Source: Gemmata obscuriglobus | GTDB lineage: Bacteria; Planctomycetota; Planctomycetia; Gemmatales; Gemmataceae | Reading direction: 5' to 3' | Length of the DNA stretch: 32,000 nucleotides | Assembly (NCBI RefSeq): GCF_008065095.1 | Contig: NZ_CP042911.1 | Coordinates: forward strand, 7,080,001-7,112,000 | Shown here: positions 8,195 to 16,166 of the stretch, piece after piece | How positions within the stretch are numbered: the stretch's first letter is position 1 | How the letters are laid out: the number at the start of each line of letters is the position of its first letter | Made by a program: the position numbers and the translations under genes | Notes under the pieces: model-generated | Told to the model about the DNA's origin: nothing | Database searches by the model: none | What the model saw: only the letters and a program-made list of their open reading frames with translations

Positions 8195-10912
8195 TCAATC
8201 GAACTGCACACCGCCGGCCGCGCGCCGGCTGCGCTCCGCCGCTTCGCGGTACGCTTCCGGTGACGTGAAGACGCCCGGCCAGGGCCGCCCCGCCAGTTGA
8301 CGGAACAGTCGGTTCGCGACCACGTGCTGGCCGGCCCGCGCGGCCATCTGGGCGTACACCGTCTTCGCGTACCGGCACGCCGGGTCCGCCTGGGTCCACG
8401 TCTGGAGCGGCTGCTCCATCTGCTGCCAGATCAGCGGGTTATCGAGCCGGCCGCGGTAAAGGGTCGTCAGGAGGCTCGCATCTACCTCGGACGCAAGGAG
8501 CCCGAATCCCCCCTCCCAGCGACCGAAGTCGTACGCGATCGACCGAACCGCGAAAAGGGCTTGACCGCCGTCGTTCCCGTCCGCCGTCAAGGTCCGGTAC
8601 CGGGCGAACCACCGCACCGCCTCGTAGTTGTCGGGGTCCGCGGCCGCGGCCCGCACGAACCATCGCTCCGCGACGGACCGCGGCTCACGCAGCCCGGTGG
8701 CGACGGCGAGCATCCGGGTCGGTGCCTCGGGCCGCTCCGGCGCCAGCCGCCACGCCCGTTCCAGCAAGGCGCTCGCTTCCCGCAGCCGCGGCGCATCGGC
8801 GCGGCGCGGGCCAGCGGTTTCGGCCCACCCCGCGGTGATGAGCCCCGCCGCGGACACGACCAGCGCGCCGTATGCGTCGCCCCCGGCCGCCAGCGCGGCG
8901 CTCAACCGCTCGCCGTCCGCCGCCCGGCCCGCGGGGAGCGCGACAAGAAGCCGGTCGGCGGCGCGCAGCAACTCTTGTCGGGCGGTCGGGTCCGGGTCCG
9001 CCGCGGCGCTGGTGAACAGCGGCCACAGGTCCGCGAACTGCTCCGCGCTGCCGCCGGCCGTGCGGTCCGTCGCGCTCAGCGCCGCCGGGAGCCGCACCGC
9101 AACCGGGTAGCGACTCGCCGCGAGCCGCGCCGCGGCCTTCCGGAGTTTGTCGCCGTCCGCTGCGCCGAGGCCGGTTGCGGCACCGAACCGGGCGTGAAGG
9201 GTGGCAACGAGCGGGTCGTCACACCCGGCCGCGACAGCGCGTTCGAGCGCCTCCCAGGCGGCGTCCGCGACACCCCCGGACAGGAAGCCGGGCGCCTCGG
9301 CGTCGGCCACCGCGTTCAGCGCCGCGAGCGCCTCGGCGCGCCCCGGGCCGTCGGCCGGGTAAGCCGTGTTGAACGAGTCGCGGTACGTCCGCGCGAACCA
9401 CCCCCGTCGGGCCGCGCGCGCGGCCGCCCGGCGTGCCGGTTCGCCGAGCTTCATGTAGCCCGGATAGGGCGCGGCACCGACGCCCACCGCGGCCCACTGG
9501 ATCATCCCCCGGCTCCGTGCCGCCGCGGCCGCGTACTCGCTCGGCCCCGCGAACACGCCGGGCCGGGGACGGTCTTTGAGCGCGTCGAACAGCGGGACCG
9601 CGATCTCGTACCGCTCGGCGTCGGTCGCGAGCCGCGCGTACAAGGTGCGGGCGTGCCAGTCGGCGGGCCGCGCCGCGAGCCAGGCGTCGAAGAACGTTTG
9701 CACCTCCGCCCACCCGTCCGCCGTGGTGAGGAAGTTCGGGCGGTGCCGGCGAGCGACATCGAACGCGACGGCCGCCGCGGCCGGGACGCCCGCGTCCCAG
9801 GCGCCGCGCTCGCGGCACGACCGCGCCACAGCCAGAGCATCCGGAACGGCGCCGCCGCGGTCCGGGCCGACGGCGTCCACCAGCGCGGCCCAGGCGCGCG
9901 GGTTGTCGGGGTCCGCCTCAATGGCTCGGGCGAACCACCGCCGAGCCTCGTCGGCGCCCAGGCCGAGCCCGGCCGTGACCGCGATGAGTTCGGTCGGGGC
10001 GGCCGGGCACGCGGGCTCCAGTTCCCACGCCCGCTGGAACGCGGTGCGGGCACGTTCCAGTGCGGCCCGCGCCACCGGGCCGGTCCCCGCGCGCCCCGCC
10101 CGCGCCGCGTCAAACCCGTCGAGGGTGAGGCGGACGTGTTCGCGGGCACCCGCTGCGGCCAGGGCCGCCGTAGCGCGTTTGTAGTTCTCCTCTGGCGTTC
10201 CGCACACGGGGGCGTCGCGGCCGACCAATTCGCGAACCGCCGCGAGCAGCAGCGCTTCGGCAACCGGGCTCGGGTCACGTGCGGCCTCGGCGAACGCCAC
10301 CCAGAACGTGTCGCGGGCCTGGCCGGCGGCCGCCACCCGTTCGGCCGGGGGCCGCTCCAGCAGGTCCGCACTGCGGTCCATCGCGTCGAGGTGCGCCTCT
10401 AAACGGTAGACCGCCGGGTACTTCGTCCGGCCGAGCGCCTCGGCGAACCGGAAGCCCGACTCGCCGGGCGTGTCCGTACCCGCCTCCACGTCCACGCGCC
10501 ACTCGGCGAACGTTACGAACGGGTCCTTGCACCCGTCGATGACCGCCCGCCGGAGGGCCTCGCGGCAGTGGGCCACGAGCGCGTCCGGCGGGTGCGGGTG
10601 CGCCAGGAACAGGGCGTAGTCCTCGACGGCCCACAGCACGGTGTCGTGGATCCGGACCGGGCCGTCGAACGCGGCCTCGAACGCCGGCACGAGCGCGGCG
10701 CGGGCGGCGGCGTACTTCGCCGCACGGTGCGGCGGCAGGCTGTTCGGGTCGATGGGCGAGGGCAGGCGCAGGCGGTCCGGGACCGGCGCCCGGGCGACCG
10801 GCGCGGGGGACCGGAACAGGCCGAGGAAGTGGCCCACAAGGGCGAACGTGCCGAGGCCGCACACGACCACGACCGCGGCGTAGGTCCACGGCGGAAGGCG
10901 AGACGAAGCCAT
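8195..10912 (-). CDS. Large membrane-anchored hypothetical protein (905 aa) built from two tandem ~430-aa modules.
   Basis: An N-terminal TM anchor is present (YAAVVVVCGLGTFALVGHFLGLF). The internal duplication shows as GCKDPFV (aa 127) vs GCDDPLV (aa 563), RRWFARAIEADPDNPRAW (aa 324) vs ERWFVRAAAADPDNYEAV (aa 749), and RPRPGVFAGPSEYAAAAARSR vs RPWPGVFTSPEAYREAAERSR. GGAG lies before the ATG at 10912, only 32 nt after the upstream gene. Confidence 0.8.
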   Translation of the reverse strand: MASSRLPPWTYAAVVVVCGLGTFALVGHFLGLFRSPAPVARAPVPDRLRLPSPIDPNSLPPHRAAKYAAARAALVPAFEAAFDGPVRIHDTVLWAVEDYALFLAHPHPPDALVAHCREALRRAVIDGCKDPFVTFAEWRVDVEAGTDTPGESGFRFAEALGRTKYPAVYRLEAHLDAMDRSADLLERPPAERVAAAGQARDTFWVAFAEAARDPSPVAEALLLAAVRELVGRDAPVCGTPEENYKRATAALAAAGAREHVRLTLDGFDAARAGRAGTGPVARAALERARTAFQRAWELEPACPAAPTELIAVTAGLGLGADEARRWFARAIEADPDNPRAWAALVDAVGPDRGGAVPDALAVARSCRERGAWDAGVPAAAAVAFDVARRHRPNFLTTADGWAEVQTFFDAWLAARPADWHARTLYARLATDAERYEIAVPLFDALKDRPRPGVFAGPSEYAAAAARSRGMIQWAAVGVGAAPYPGYMKLGEPARRAAARAARRGWFARTYRDSFNTAYPADGPGRAEALAALNAVADAEAPGFLSGGVADAAWEALERAVAAGCDDPLVATLHARFGAATGLGAADGDKLRKAAARLAASRYPVAVRLPAALSATDRTAGGSAEQFADLWPLFTSAAADPDPTARQELLRAADRLLVALPAGRAADGERLSAALAAGGDAYGALVVSAAGLITAGWAETAGPRRADAPRLREASALLERAWRLAPERPEAPTRMLAVATGLREPRSVAERWFVRAAAADPDNYEAVRWFARYRTLTADGNDGGQALFAVRSIAYDFGRWEGGFGLLASEVDASLLTTLYRGRLDNPLIWQQMEQPLQTWTQADPACRYAKTVYAQMAARAGQHVVANRLFRQLAGRPWPGVFTSPEAYREAAERSRRAAGGVQFD

Positions 10913-10944
10913 TAACGCTCCGGTCGGTCAATAGAGAGAGGTGA

Positions 10945-12750
10945 TCACCCGCCCGGTAAGCGGCCCGTCCGCGCCCAGGTGCGGTAGAGCGCGAGGGCGG
11001 CCGGCGAGCGGAAGCCGCCGCCGCTGAAGTCGTCGCCCACGGCGTTCAGCTCCCGGACCGCCACCCCGTGCTGCCCGGCGAGGCACGCGGCGCGGGCGTG
11101 GCCGCCCCGCACCCAGAGCAGCTCGGGGCGCTCCCGCCGGACCACGGTGTACCCCGTGTCCAGCACCCGCCACACCAGCGGTTGGGAGTACTGCGGCCGC
11201 GCCTGCGCGGCGGCGGCGGCGTGGACCGGCTCGGGCACCGGCATGTTCGCGATCAGGTTCGACACCGCGGCGAGCGGCAGCAGCCCGCTCGCGTTGCGGG
11301 TGCGGACGCACTGCCACGCGAACCCGAGGTACTCTTCCTGCGACCCCTGCCACTTTGGGTGCAAGGACTCCATCTTGGTCGCGCACGCCTGGGCGTTGTC
11401 CGGGTCGGCCCGCATGGCCCGCTCGAACCACCGCTCCATTTCGTCGCGGGAGTGGCTGCGGCCCATGCACACGGTCAGCATGCTGGTGGCGGCGTGCGGC
11501 TGGTTCGGGTCCCGCTCGTGGGCGGCGGTCAGCGCCTCCTCGGCCTCGGCCAGGCGCTCGGAGAACTGCCGCCAGCCGTCGGGGGTGACGGTGTTGGCGT
11601 ACCCGTAGCCCCGCGCGTCCCACGCGTACCGGATCAGGAAGGCGCCGCGCACCGCCAGCCGCGTCGCCTCGGGGGCGCCGCCCTTCTTGAGGCACGCGGC
11701 GATCTCCTCGTGGGCCTTCTGGCGGCTCCGACCCGCGCTCATCGACTGCCGCTCCCGCAGGGTGACGAGTTCGATGACGTTGTCCTGGTTGACCGGGTCC
11801 GGGTCGGCGCTGACTTTGGTCAGCAGTTCCCAGAACCGCTTGTCCCAGGTCGCGATCTCGTCCGCCGGCGCGCGGTGCTCGTGGAGTTGGGCGAGCAGGT
11901 TGTGAACCGCGTGGATCTTGCGCGCGTCGGCGTACCGGCTGTCCCACACCAACTGGGTCACGCGGCGGGCCTCGGCCAGCACCCGATCGGGGGGCACGGC
12001 GCCGGCGGCCCGCTGCGCTTGAAGGTGGAAGTACTGCACCAGCGGGTCGTCGCACCCGTCGGCGACGGCCGCGGCCAGCGCGGCGGCGCTCGGCGCGTCT
12101 TCAGGGCTGTGTGAGGCGAACGGGGAGCGGGTCGCCATTTCCTTCGCGCGCAGCCCGAGCGCGGTCCGGGCCTTCGCGGCCCACGGCGCGTCGGCCCGGC
12201 CGACGCGGCCGAAGGCCAGTTCGGTCGTGCCCCGGCACCACTCCAGGTGGGCGGTCCGGAGCGCCTTGGCGCGGGCCTCGTCCTGCGGGATCGCCGGCCC
12301 CTCTGCGGCGTACCGATCGAGTTCGGCCACCGCCGCCGCCGCAACCGGGTCGGCCGGGCGGAACGGGTCCGCGTCGTCGGCCGCGGGGGCGATCGCCGGC
12401 GCCTGGGGGGGTGGCGGCGGGGCCGGAGTGCCGACCGGCGGGGCCGGCTTCTGCGGCAGCGGCGCTACCACGACCGGCCCGACCGCCCCCGGATCCGGCT
12501 CCCGGTTCAGCGACCGCACCAGCACGAGCGCCCCGGCCGCCGCGGCCCCGAGGGCGGCGGTGCCGAGCCCGACGAAAAGCAGCGTGCGGAACGGGGAGCG
12601 GGCGGCCGGCGCGTCGGTGTCGTCGTCTTCATCCCGGTCGTCGGGCGCCGAGAAAATGTGCTCGCACCGCGGACACTCGATCGCTTCGGCGCCGGGCGGC
12701 TGGACGAGGCGGACATCGCACTCGGGGCACCGGATCTTGCGTGTCGGCAT
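10945..12750 (-). CDS. Zinc-ribbon / TM / Pro-rich linker protein (601 aa) carrying one copy of the module found twice in the downstream gene.
   Basis: The N-terminus is CPECDVRLV...CPRCEHIF (a CxxC...CxxC ribbon). A TM helix (LLFVGLGTAALGAAAAGALVLV) and a Pro/Ala linker follow. The module then shows GCDDPLVQYF, SRYADA, ADPDPVNQ and ERWFERAMRADPDNAQAC. Confidence 0.8.
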   Translation of the reverse strand: MPTRKIRCPECDVRLVQPPGAEAIECPRCEHIFSAPDDRDEDDDTDAPAARSPFRTLLFVGLGTAALGAAAAGALVLVRSLNREPDPGAVGPVVVAPLPQKPAPPVGTPAPPPPPQAPAIAPAADDADPFRPADPVAAAAVAELDRYAAEGPAIPQDEARAKALRTAHLEWCRGTTELAFGRVGRADAPWAAKARTALGLRAKEMATRSPFASHSPEDAPSAAALAAAVADGCDDPLVQYFHLQAQRAAGAVPPDRVLAEARRVTQLVWDSRYADARKIHAVHNLLAQLHEHRAPADEIATWDKRFWELLTKVSADPDPVNQDNVIELVTLRERQSMSAGRSRQKAHEEIAACLKKGGAPEATRLAVRGAFLIRYAWDARGYGYANTVTPDGWRQFSERLAEAEEALTAAHERDPNQPHAATSMLTVCMGRSHSRDEMERWFERAMRADPDNAQACATKMESLHPKWQGSQEEYLGFAWQCVRTRNASGLLPLAAVSNLIANMPVPEPVHAAAAAQARPQYSQPLVWRVLDTGYTVVRRERPELLWVRGGHARAACLAGQHGVAVRELNAVGDDFSGGGFRSPAALALYRTWARTGRLPGG

Positions 12751-12987
12751 GGGCGTCTGGGGGTGGAACAGTCGGACCGGCCGTCGGAGGAGTTATCGTG
12801 CCGGTCGGTCCAGCCGGCGTCAAGTGAAATCGGCGAACGGTCACCTGCGCGCCCGTCGGAGCGGGCCTTTCGTCACGGCCTGCGGCCCCGCGGGTTCAGC
12901 CGCACGGGCAACGAGAACGGGCCGGGTCGGCAGCGCCAACCCGGCCCTCATTTACTCCCGCCGGTTACGCCTGTTGTGGCTTCTGCC

Positions 12988-13057
12988 TTTGTGGCACAGA
13001 CATTCCTGTCTGTGCGGCTCTTAGACCCAGCACAGACAGGAATGTCTGTGCCACAAA
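12988..13057. repeat. Perfect 28-bp inverted repeat with a 14-nt loop (REP-like palindromic element); likely terminator/insulator between the PQQ dehydrogenase gene and the 601-aa gene.
   Basis: tttgtggcacagacattcctgtctgtgc (12988-13015) is the exact reverse complement of gcacagacaggaatgtctgtgccacaaa (13030-13057). Each arm is also self-complementary (gcacagaca-NNNN-tgtctgtgc). Confidence 0.85.
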
Positions 13058-13112
13058 TTAGGCACAATTGGTCAACGTCATTCGTTCGCAAGCACGACCG
13101 CGAACGTGCGGC

Positions 13113-15176
13113 CTACTTCGTGAACCGGTAGATCCCCTTACCGGTGTTCGTGACGGTCAGGAAGTAGATCTCGCCGTTCTCGTCCTCGCCGAACGACACC
13201 ACCGGCCGCTGCGGGTCCTTGATCGGGCGGTTCGCGGTCACCCGCTTCGCCCCCTCGTCGTACTTGAGCGCCCACAGCCGCGACGTGACGTAGTCCGCGT
13301 ACAGGTAGTGGCCGTCGAGTTCCGGGAGCGCCTTGCCGCGGTACACCCCGCCGCCGGTGATCGACTTGCCCACGTCGTGGTGGTACTCCCAGATCGGGTC
13401 GATCATCCCCTTGTTCTCGCGCACGCCCTTCGGCCCGAACGGGTGGAACGACTCGCGCAGGTTCCAGCCGTAGTTCCCGCCCCTCTCGATGATGTTGATC
13501 TCTTCGTACAGGTTCTGGCCCACCTCGCCGGCCCACAGCCGGCCGGTCTTGCGGTCGAAGCTCATGCGCCAGATGTTGCGGACCCCGTACGCCCAGATCT
13601 CGGGCCGCGTGTCGTTCTTCCCGACGAACGGGTTGTCCTTCGGCACCGCGTAGTTCTTGCCGTCGGCCTTCTGGTCCACGTCGAGCCGCAGGATCTTGCC
13701 GTAGAGCGTGTTCAGGTTCTGGCCGTTCTCCTGCGGGTCGCCGCCCATCCCGCCGTCGCCGTGGATCACGTACAGGAACCCGTCCGGGCCGAAGCAGATG
13801 GTGCCGCCGTCGTGGTTCCAGAACAGCTTGTTCTCGTAACGGATGATCTGCTCTTCGGACGCCGGGTCGAGCTTGGTCGGGTCGGTCTTGCTGAGCCGGA
13901 ACCGCGACACCACGTTGACCTTGTTCTCCTTCTTCGGCGTGTAGAAGATGAAGATCTCGCCCTTCTCCTTGAACTTCGGGTGGAACGCGAGGCCCAGCAG
14001 CCCTTCCTCGTTCGTGTTGTCGTTGTACTTCACGCGGTCCCGGATATCGAGCACCACCTTGGTCTCGGTGGCCTTCTGGTCGTTGGCGAACGTGTACACG
14101 ACGCCCTGTTGTGTGGCGACGAACACGCGGTTGGAGCCGTCCCCAGCGTGCGTGAGCACGAGGGGGCGCAGGGGCACCACCTTGCCCGTAGCGCCCTCTG
14201 CGTCCCACCCCTCCCACTTGAGGTCCGGGAACGCGACCTCGGTCTTCAGCGGGAGCGGGCTGAAATCGACCTCGGCGCCCGGCACCTGGGCCGCAACCGA
14301 GCTCACCGTGCCCGCGGTCGCGTCCGCCACCAGGACGTTCGCCCCGCTCGCGTCGAGGCACAGATCATTGGCGGACTTGAGCCCCCCGACGACCGGCACC
14401 GGCTTCTCGCCGGGCCGCGGGATCACGAACAGCTTGCCCGACGCCCCGCCGGACACGAACAGCCGGCCGTAGTAGTCCCAGGCGAGACCGTTCGCGCCGT
14501 CGATGCCCTCGGCGACCAGGTCGCTGGTGCGGTCGGCGAGTTTGACGCGGTAGACCTTGCCCGTGCCGGCGTCGGTGAAGAGCACGTGCGACGCGCCGTC
14601 CATTGCCACGCCGCCGGGCGTGTGCAGGCCCTTCAGTTTGGTGCCGTCCACGAGGACATCGACCGTGCCCGGCCCCCGCCCCCCTTGGCCCGGCCCCTTC
14701 GGCGCCGCGGGCGGGGCAATGCGGTACAGCGCGCCGCCAGTCCCCTTGTCGCCGGCGTCGGTCACGAACACCGTGCCGCTCTCGGGGTCCGCGACCACAT
14801 CGGCGAGCGCCTTCGCCGCGGCCGGGAACTTGTCCGCGGGCACATACACCTCGGCCTTCGGGTCCTTCCCGAAGACGTTGATGCGGAGCAGCCCGGCCTT
14901 ATCGACGACGTAGAGCCAGTTGCGGAACAGCGCGAGCCCCTTCGGGTCGTTGAGCCCGGTCACGAAGGGGGTCGCTTTGCCGTCTTTGATAACGGCAACG
15001 GAGCCGTCGCCGTCCTTGCCGGTTTCACCGGCGAGCGACACGAACACGCGCCCGTCCTGGGCCGCCGCAACGGACTGCGGGTTGGTTAAGCCACTGGCGA
15101 GCGGCTTGGGCGGCTCCGCCGCCCGGGCGCCGGCCGGGGCTCCCAGGAGAAGCAACAAAGAGAGGTACCGCGTCAT
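13113..15176 (-). CDS. Secreted PQQ-dependent sugar (glucose/sorbosone) dehydrogenase with an extra N-terminal NHL/SMP-30-like beta-propeller.
   Basis: The C-terminal half reads GLLGLAFHPKF, FWNHDGGTICFGPDGFLYVIHGDGG, DPQENGQNLNTLYGKILRLDVD, PEIWAYGVRNIWRMSFD and GGNYGWN. The N-terminal ~330 aa carries repeated propeller-blade motifs (PQSVA..DGRVFVS, PKGLAL, VFVTDAG, PGGVAMD, LFVSGG). ATG at 15176 yields the signal peptide MTRYLSLLLLLGAPAGARA; the ORF extension to 15266 was rejected. Confidence 0.9.
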   Translation of the reverse strand: MTRYLSLLLLLGAPAGARAAEPPKPLASGLTNPQSVAAAQDGRVFVSLAGETGKDGDGSVAVIKDGKATPFVTGLNDPKGLALFRNWLYVVDKAGLLRINVFGKDPKAEVYVPADKFPAAAKALADVVADPESGTVFVTDAGDKGTGGALYRIAPPAAPKGPGQGGRGPGTVDVLVDGTKLKGLHTPGGVAMDGASHVLFTDAGTGKVYRVKLADRTSDLVAEGIDGANGLAWDYYGRLFVSGGASGKLFVIPRPGEKPVPVVGGLKSANDLCLDASGANVLVADATAGTVSSVAAQVPGAEVDFSPLPLKTEVAFPDLKWEGWDAEGATGKVVPLRPLVLTHAGDGSNRVFVATQQGVVYTFANDQKATETKVVLDIRDRVKYNDNTNEEGLLGLAFHPKFKEKGEIFIFYTPKKENKVNVVSRFRLSKTDPTKLDPASEEQIIRYENKLFWNHDGGTICFGPDGFLYVIHGDGGMGGDPQENGQNLNTLYGKILRLDVDQKADGKNYAVPKDNPFVGKNDTRPEIWAYGVRNIWRMSFDRKTGRLWAGEVGQNLYEEINIIERGGNYGWNLRESFHPFGPKGVRENKGMIDPIWEYHHDVGKSITGGGVYRGKALPELDGHYLYADYVTSRLWALKYDEGAKRVTANRPIKDPQRPVVSFGEDENGEIYFLTVTNTGKGIYRFTK

Positions 15177-15490
15177 GGCGTCAATGATCCTCACGCGTGC
15201 GGAAGGTGCCGGGATAGTCTGCCGCACCGCCCCGCGAAGGACAAGGGGGGAGGCAGTGGGATGCACGGGGGTATGATCGGAGCGACGTACCGAACCGGCG
15301 GTCCATCCGTGACGCCGATCACAGCCGAAACTTACTGAAATTTAATTAATCAAACGAAATTATTAAATATATTGACCGTATTCCTCCGTATCCGCGTTGT
15401 TTTAGAATGCATGGCGGAATGAAGCACGCTCGGGGACGCTGCCAGCCGGGGCGAGGGCAATGTGGCACCCAATCGCGATGGGCGGGCGAA

Positions 15491-15581
15491 GACAGTTTTT
15501 GACAGGATCGACAGGATGAACAGGATGAAGACAGACCGATTTTAAATCCTGTTTATCCTGTCGATCCTGTCAAAAACTGTC
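15491..15581. repeat. 36-bp inverted repeat (1 mismatch) with a 19-nt loop, built from ACAGGAT-type subrepeats; REP-like element and probable terminator downstream of the ferredoxin gene.
   Basis: gacagtttttgacaggatcgacaggatgaacaggat (15491-15526) pairs with atcctgtttatcctgtcgatcctgtcaaaaactgtc (15546-15581). Confidence 0.85.
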
Positions 15582-15828
15582 TCCATACACGAGGCTCGCG
15601 TGGGCCGAAACGAAGTCACGACCAGCCGCCCATTCCGCCACCGTTTCTTAAGACTAACTGGTCATCATTTCCTGGCTCCGAGAGTTTGCGCTGGCGCCTG
15701 TTCACCCTGCTGGCGGGTACAGAGCGTGGTGGGCAGCGATTCGAGAACATTGGGAGCGGCTCTGCGGAGCCGGCGCGGCGTCCGAATCCCACGAGCGAAC
15801 ACAACCGCCCCCGACGCATGTGGCGGCG

Positions 15829-16107
15829 TCAGCGTCTCTCTCTTTCTGTCACGCGCGCCCCGAGTGGCTTCAGCGCCTTCACGCGGTCGGCGTTGAGCGG
15901 TACGAAGTCCGACCACTTCGCGGGCACATCCCCATCCAGGAAAATCGCCTCGACCGGGCACTCGGGGGCACACGCCCCGCAATCGATGCAGTCGTCCGGG
16001 TCGATGTAGAGCTGGCGCTCGTCGCCGTAAAAGCACTCCATCGGGCACACCACCACGCAGTCCGTGTACCTGCACCCCACGCACGGGGCCGTCACCACGT
16101 GAGCCAT
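15829..16107 (-). CDS. fdxA: 7Fe ferredoxin (3Fe-4S plus 4Fe-4S, FdxA type).
   Basis: MAHVVTAPCVGCRYTDCVVVCPMECFYGDERQLYIDPDDCIDCGACAPECPVEAIF shows the classical CxxCxxxDCxxxCP ... CxxCxxCxxxCP cysteine pattern. GAGGTG lies 6 nt before the ATG at 16107. Confidence 0.9.
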   Translation of the reverse strand: MAHVVTAPCVGCRYTDCVVVCPMECFYGDERQLYIDPDDCIDCGACAPECPVEAIFLDGDVPAKWSDFVPLNADRVKALKPLGARVTERERR

Positions 16108-16148
16108 CGTCGCACCTCGAAAACGGTTGCCGGGACCGCGCGACGCAA

Positions 16149-16166
16149 TTGCAGCCCGCGTGCCGC
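16149..16166 (-). promoter_or_regulatory. Sigma-54 (-24/-12)-like promoter about 45 nt upstream of the ferredoxin start codon.
   Basis: The minus strand reads GCGGCACG-cggg-CTGCAA. GGCACG and TGCA are conserved, with the canonical 12-nt spacing between the first G of the -24 GG and the G of the -12 GC. The predicted TSS near 16140 gives a ~33-nt leader containing the RBS. Confidence 0.4.

Noticed and set aside
13068-15089. 673-aa plus-strand ORF antisense to the PQQ dehydrogenase gene. Similar long shadow ORFs occur at 8297..10402 +, 1602..2549 -, 20103..21152 -, 16656..17876 -, 30385..31518 +, 10928..12055 - and 3203..4036 +.
   Set aside because: Their translations are dominated by Arg/Val/Gly/Pro/His and lack recognisable motifs. 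They lie opposite or out of frame to genes with clear family signatures. These are the usual stop-codon-poor shadow frames of a high-GC genome.
15372-15408. TTGACC ... TAGAAT on the plus strand as a sigma-70 promoter.
   Set aside because: The spacer is 25 nt, far outside the 16-19 nt range, and no plus-strand gene follows.
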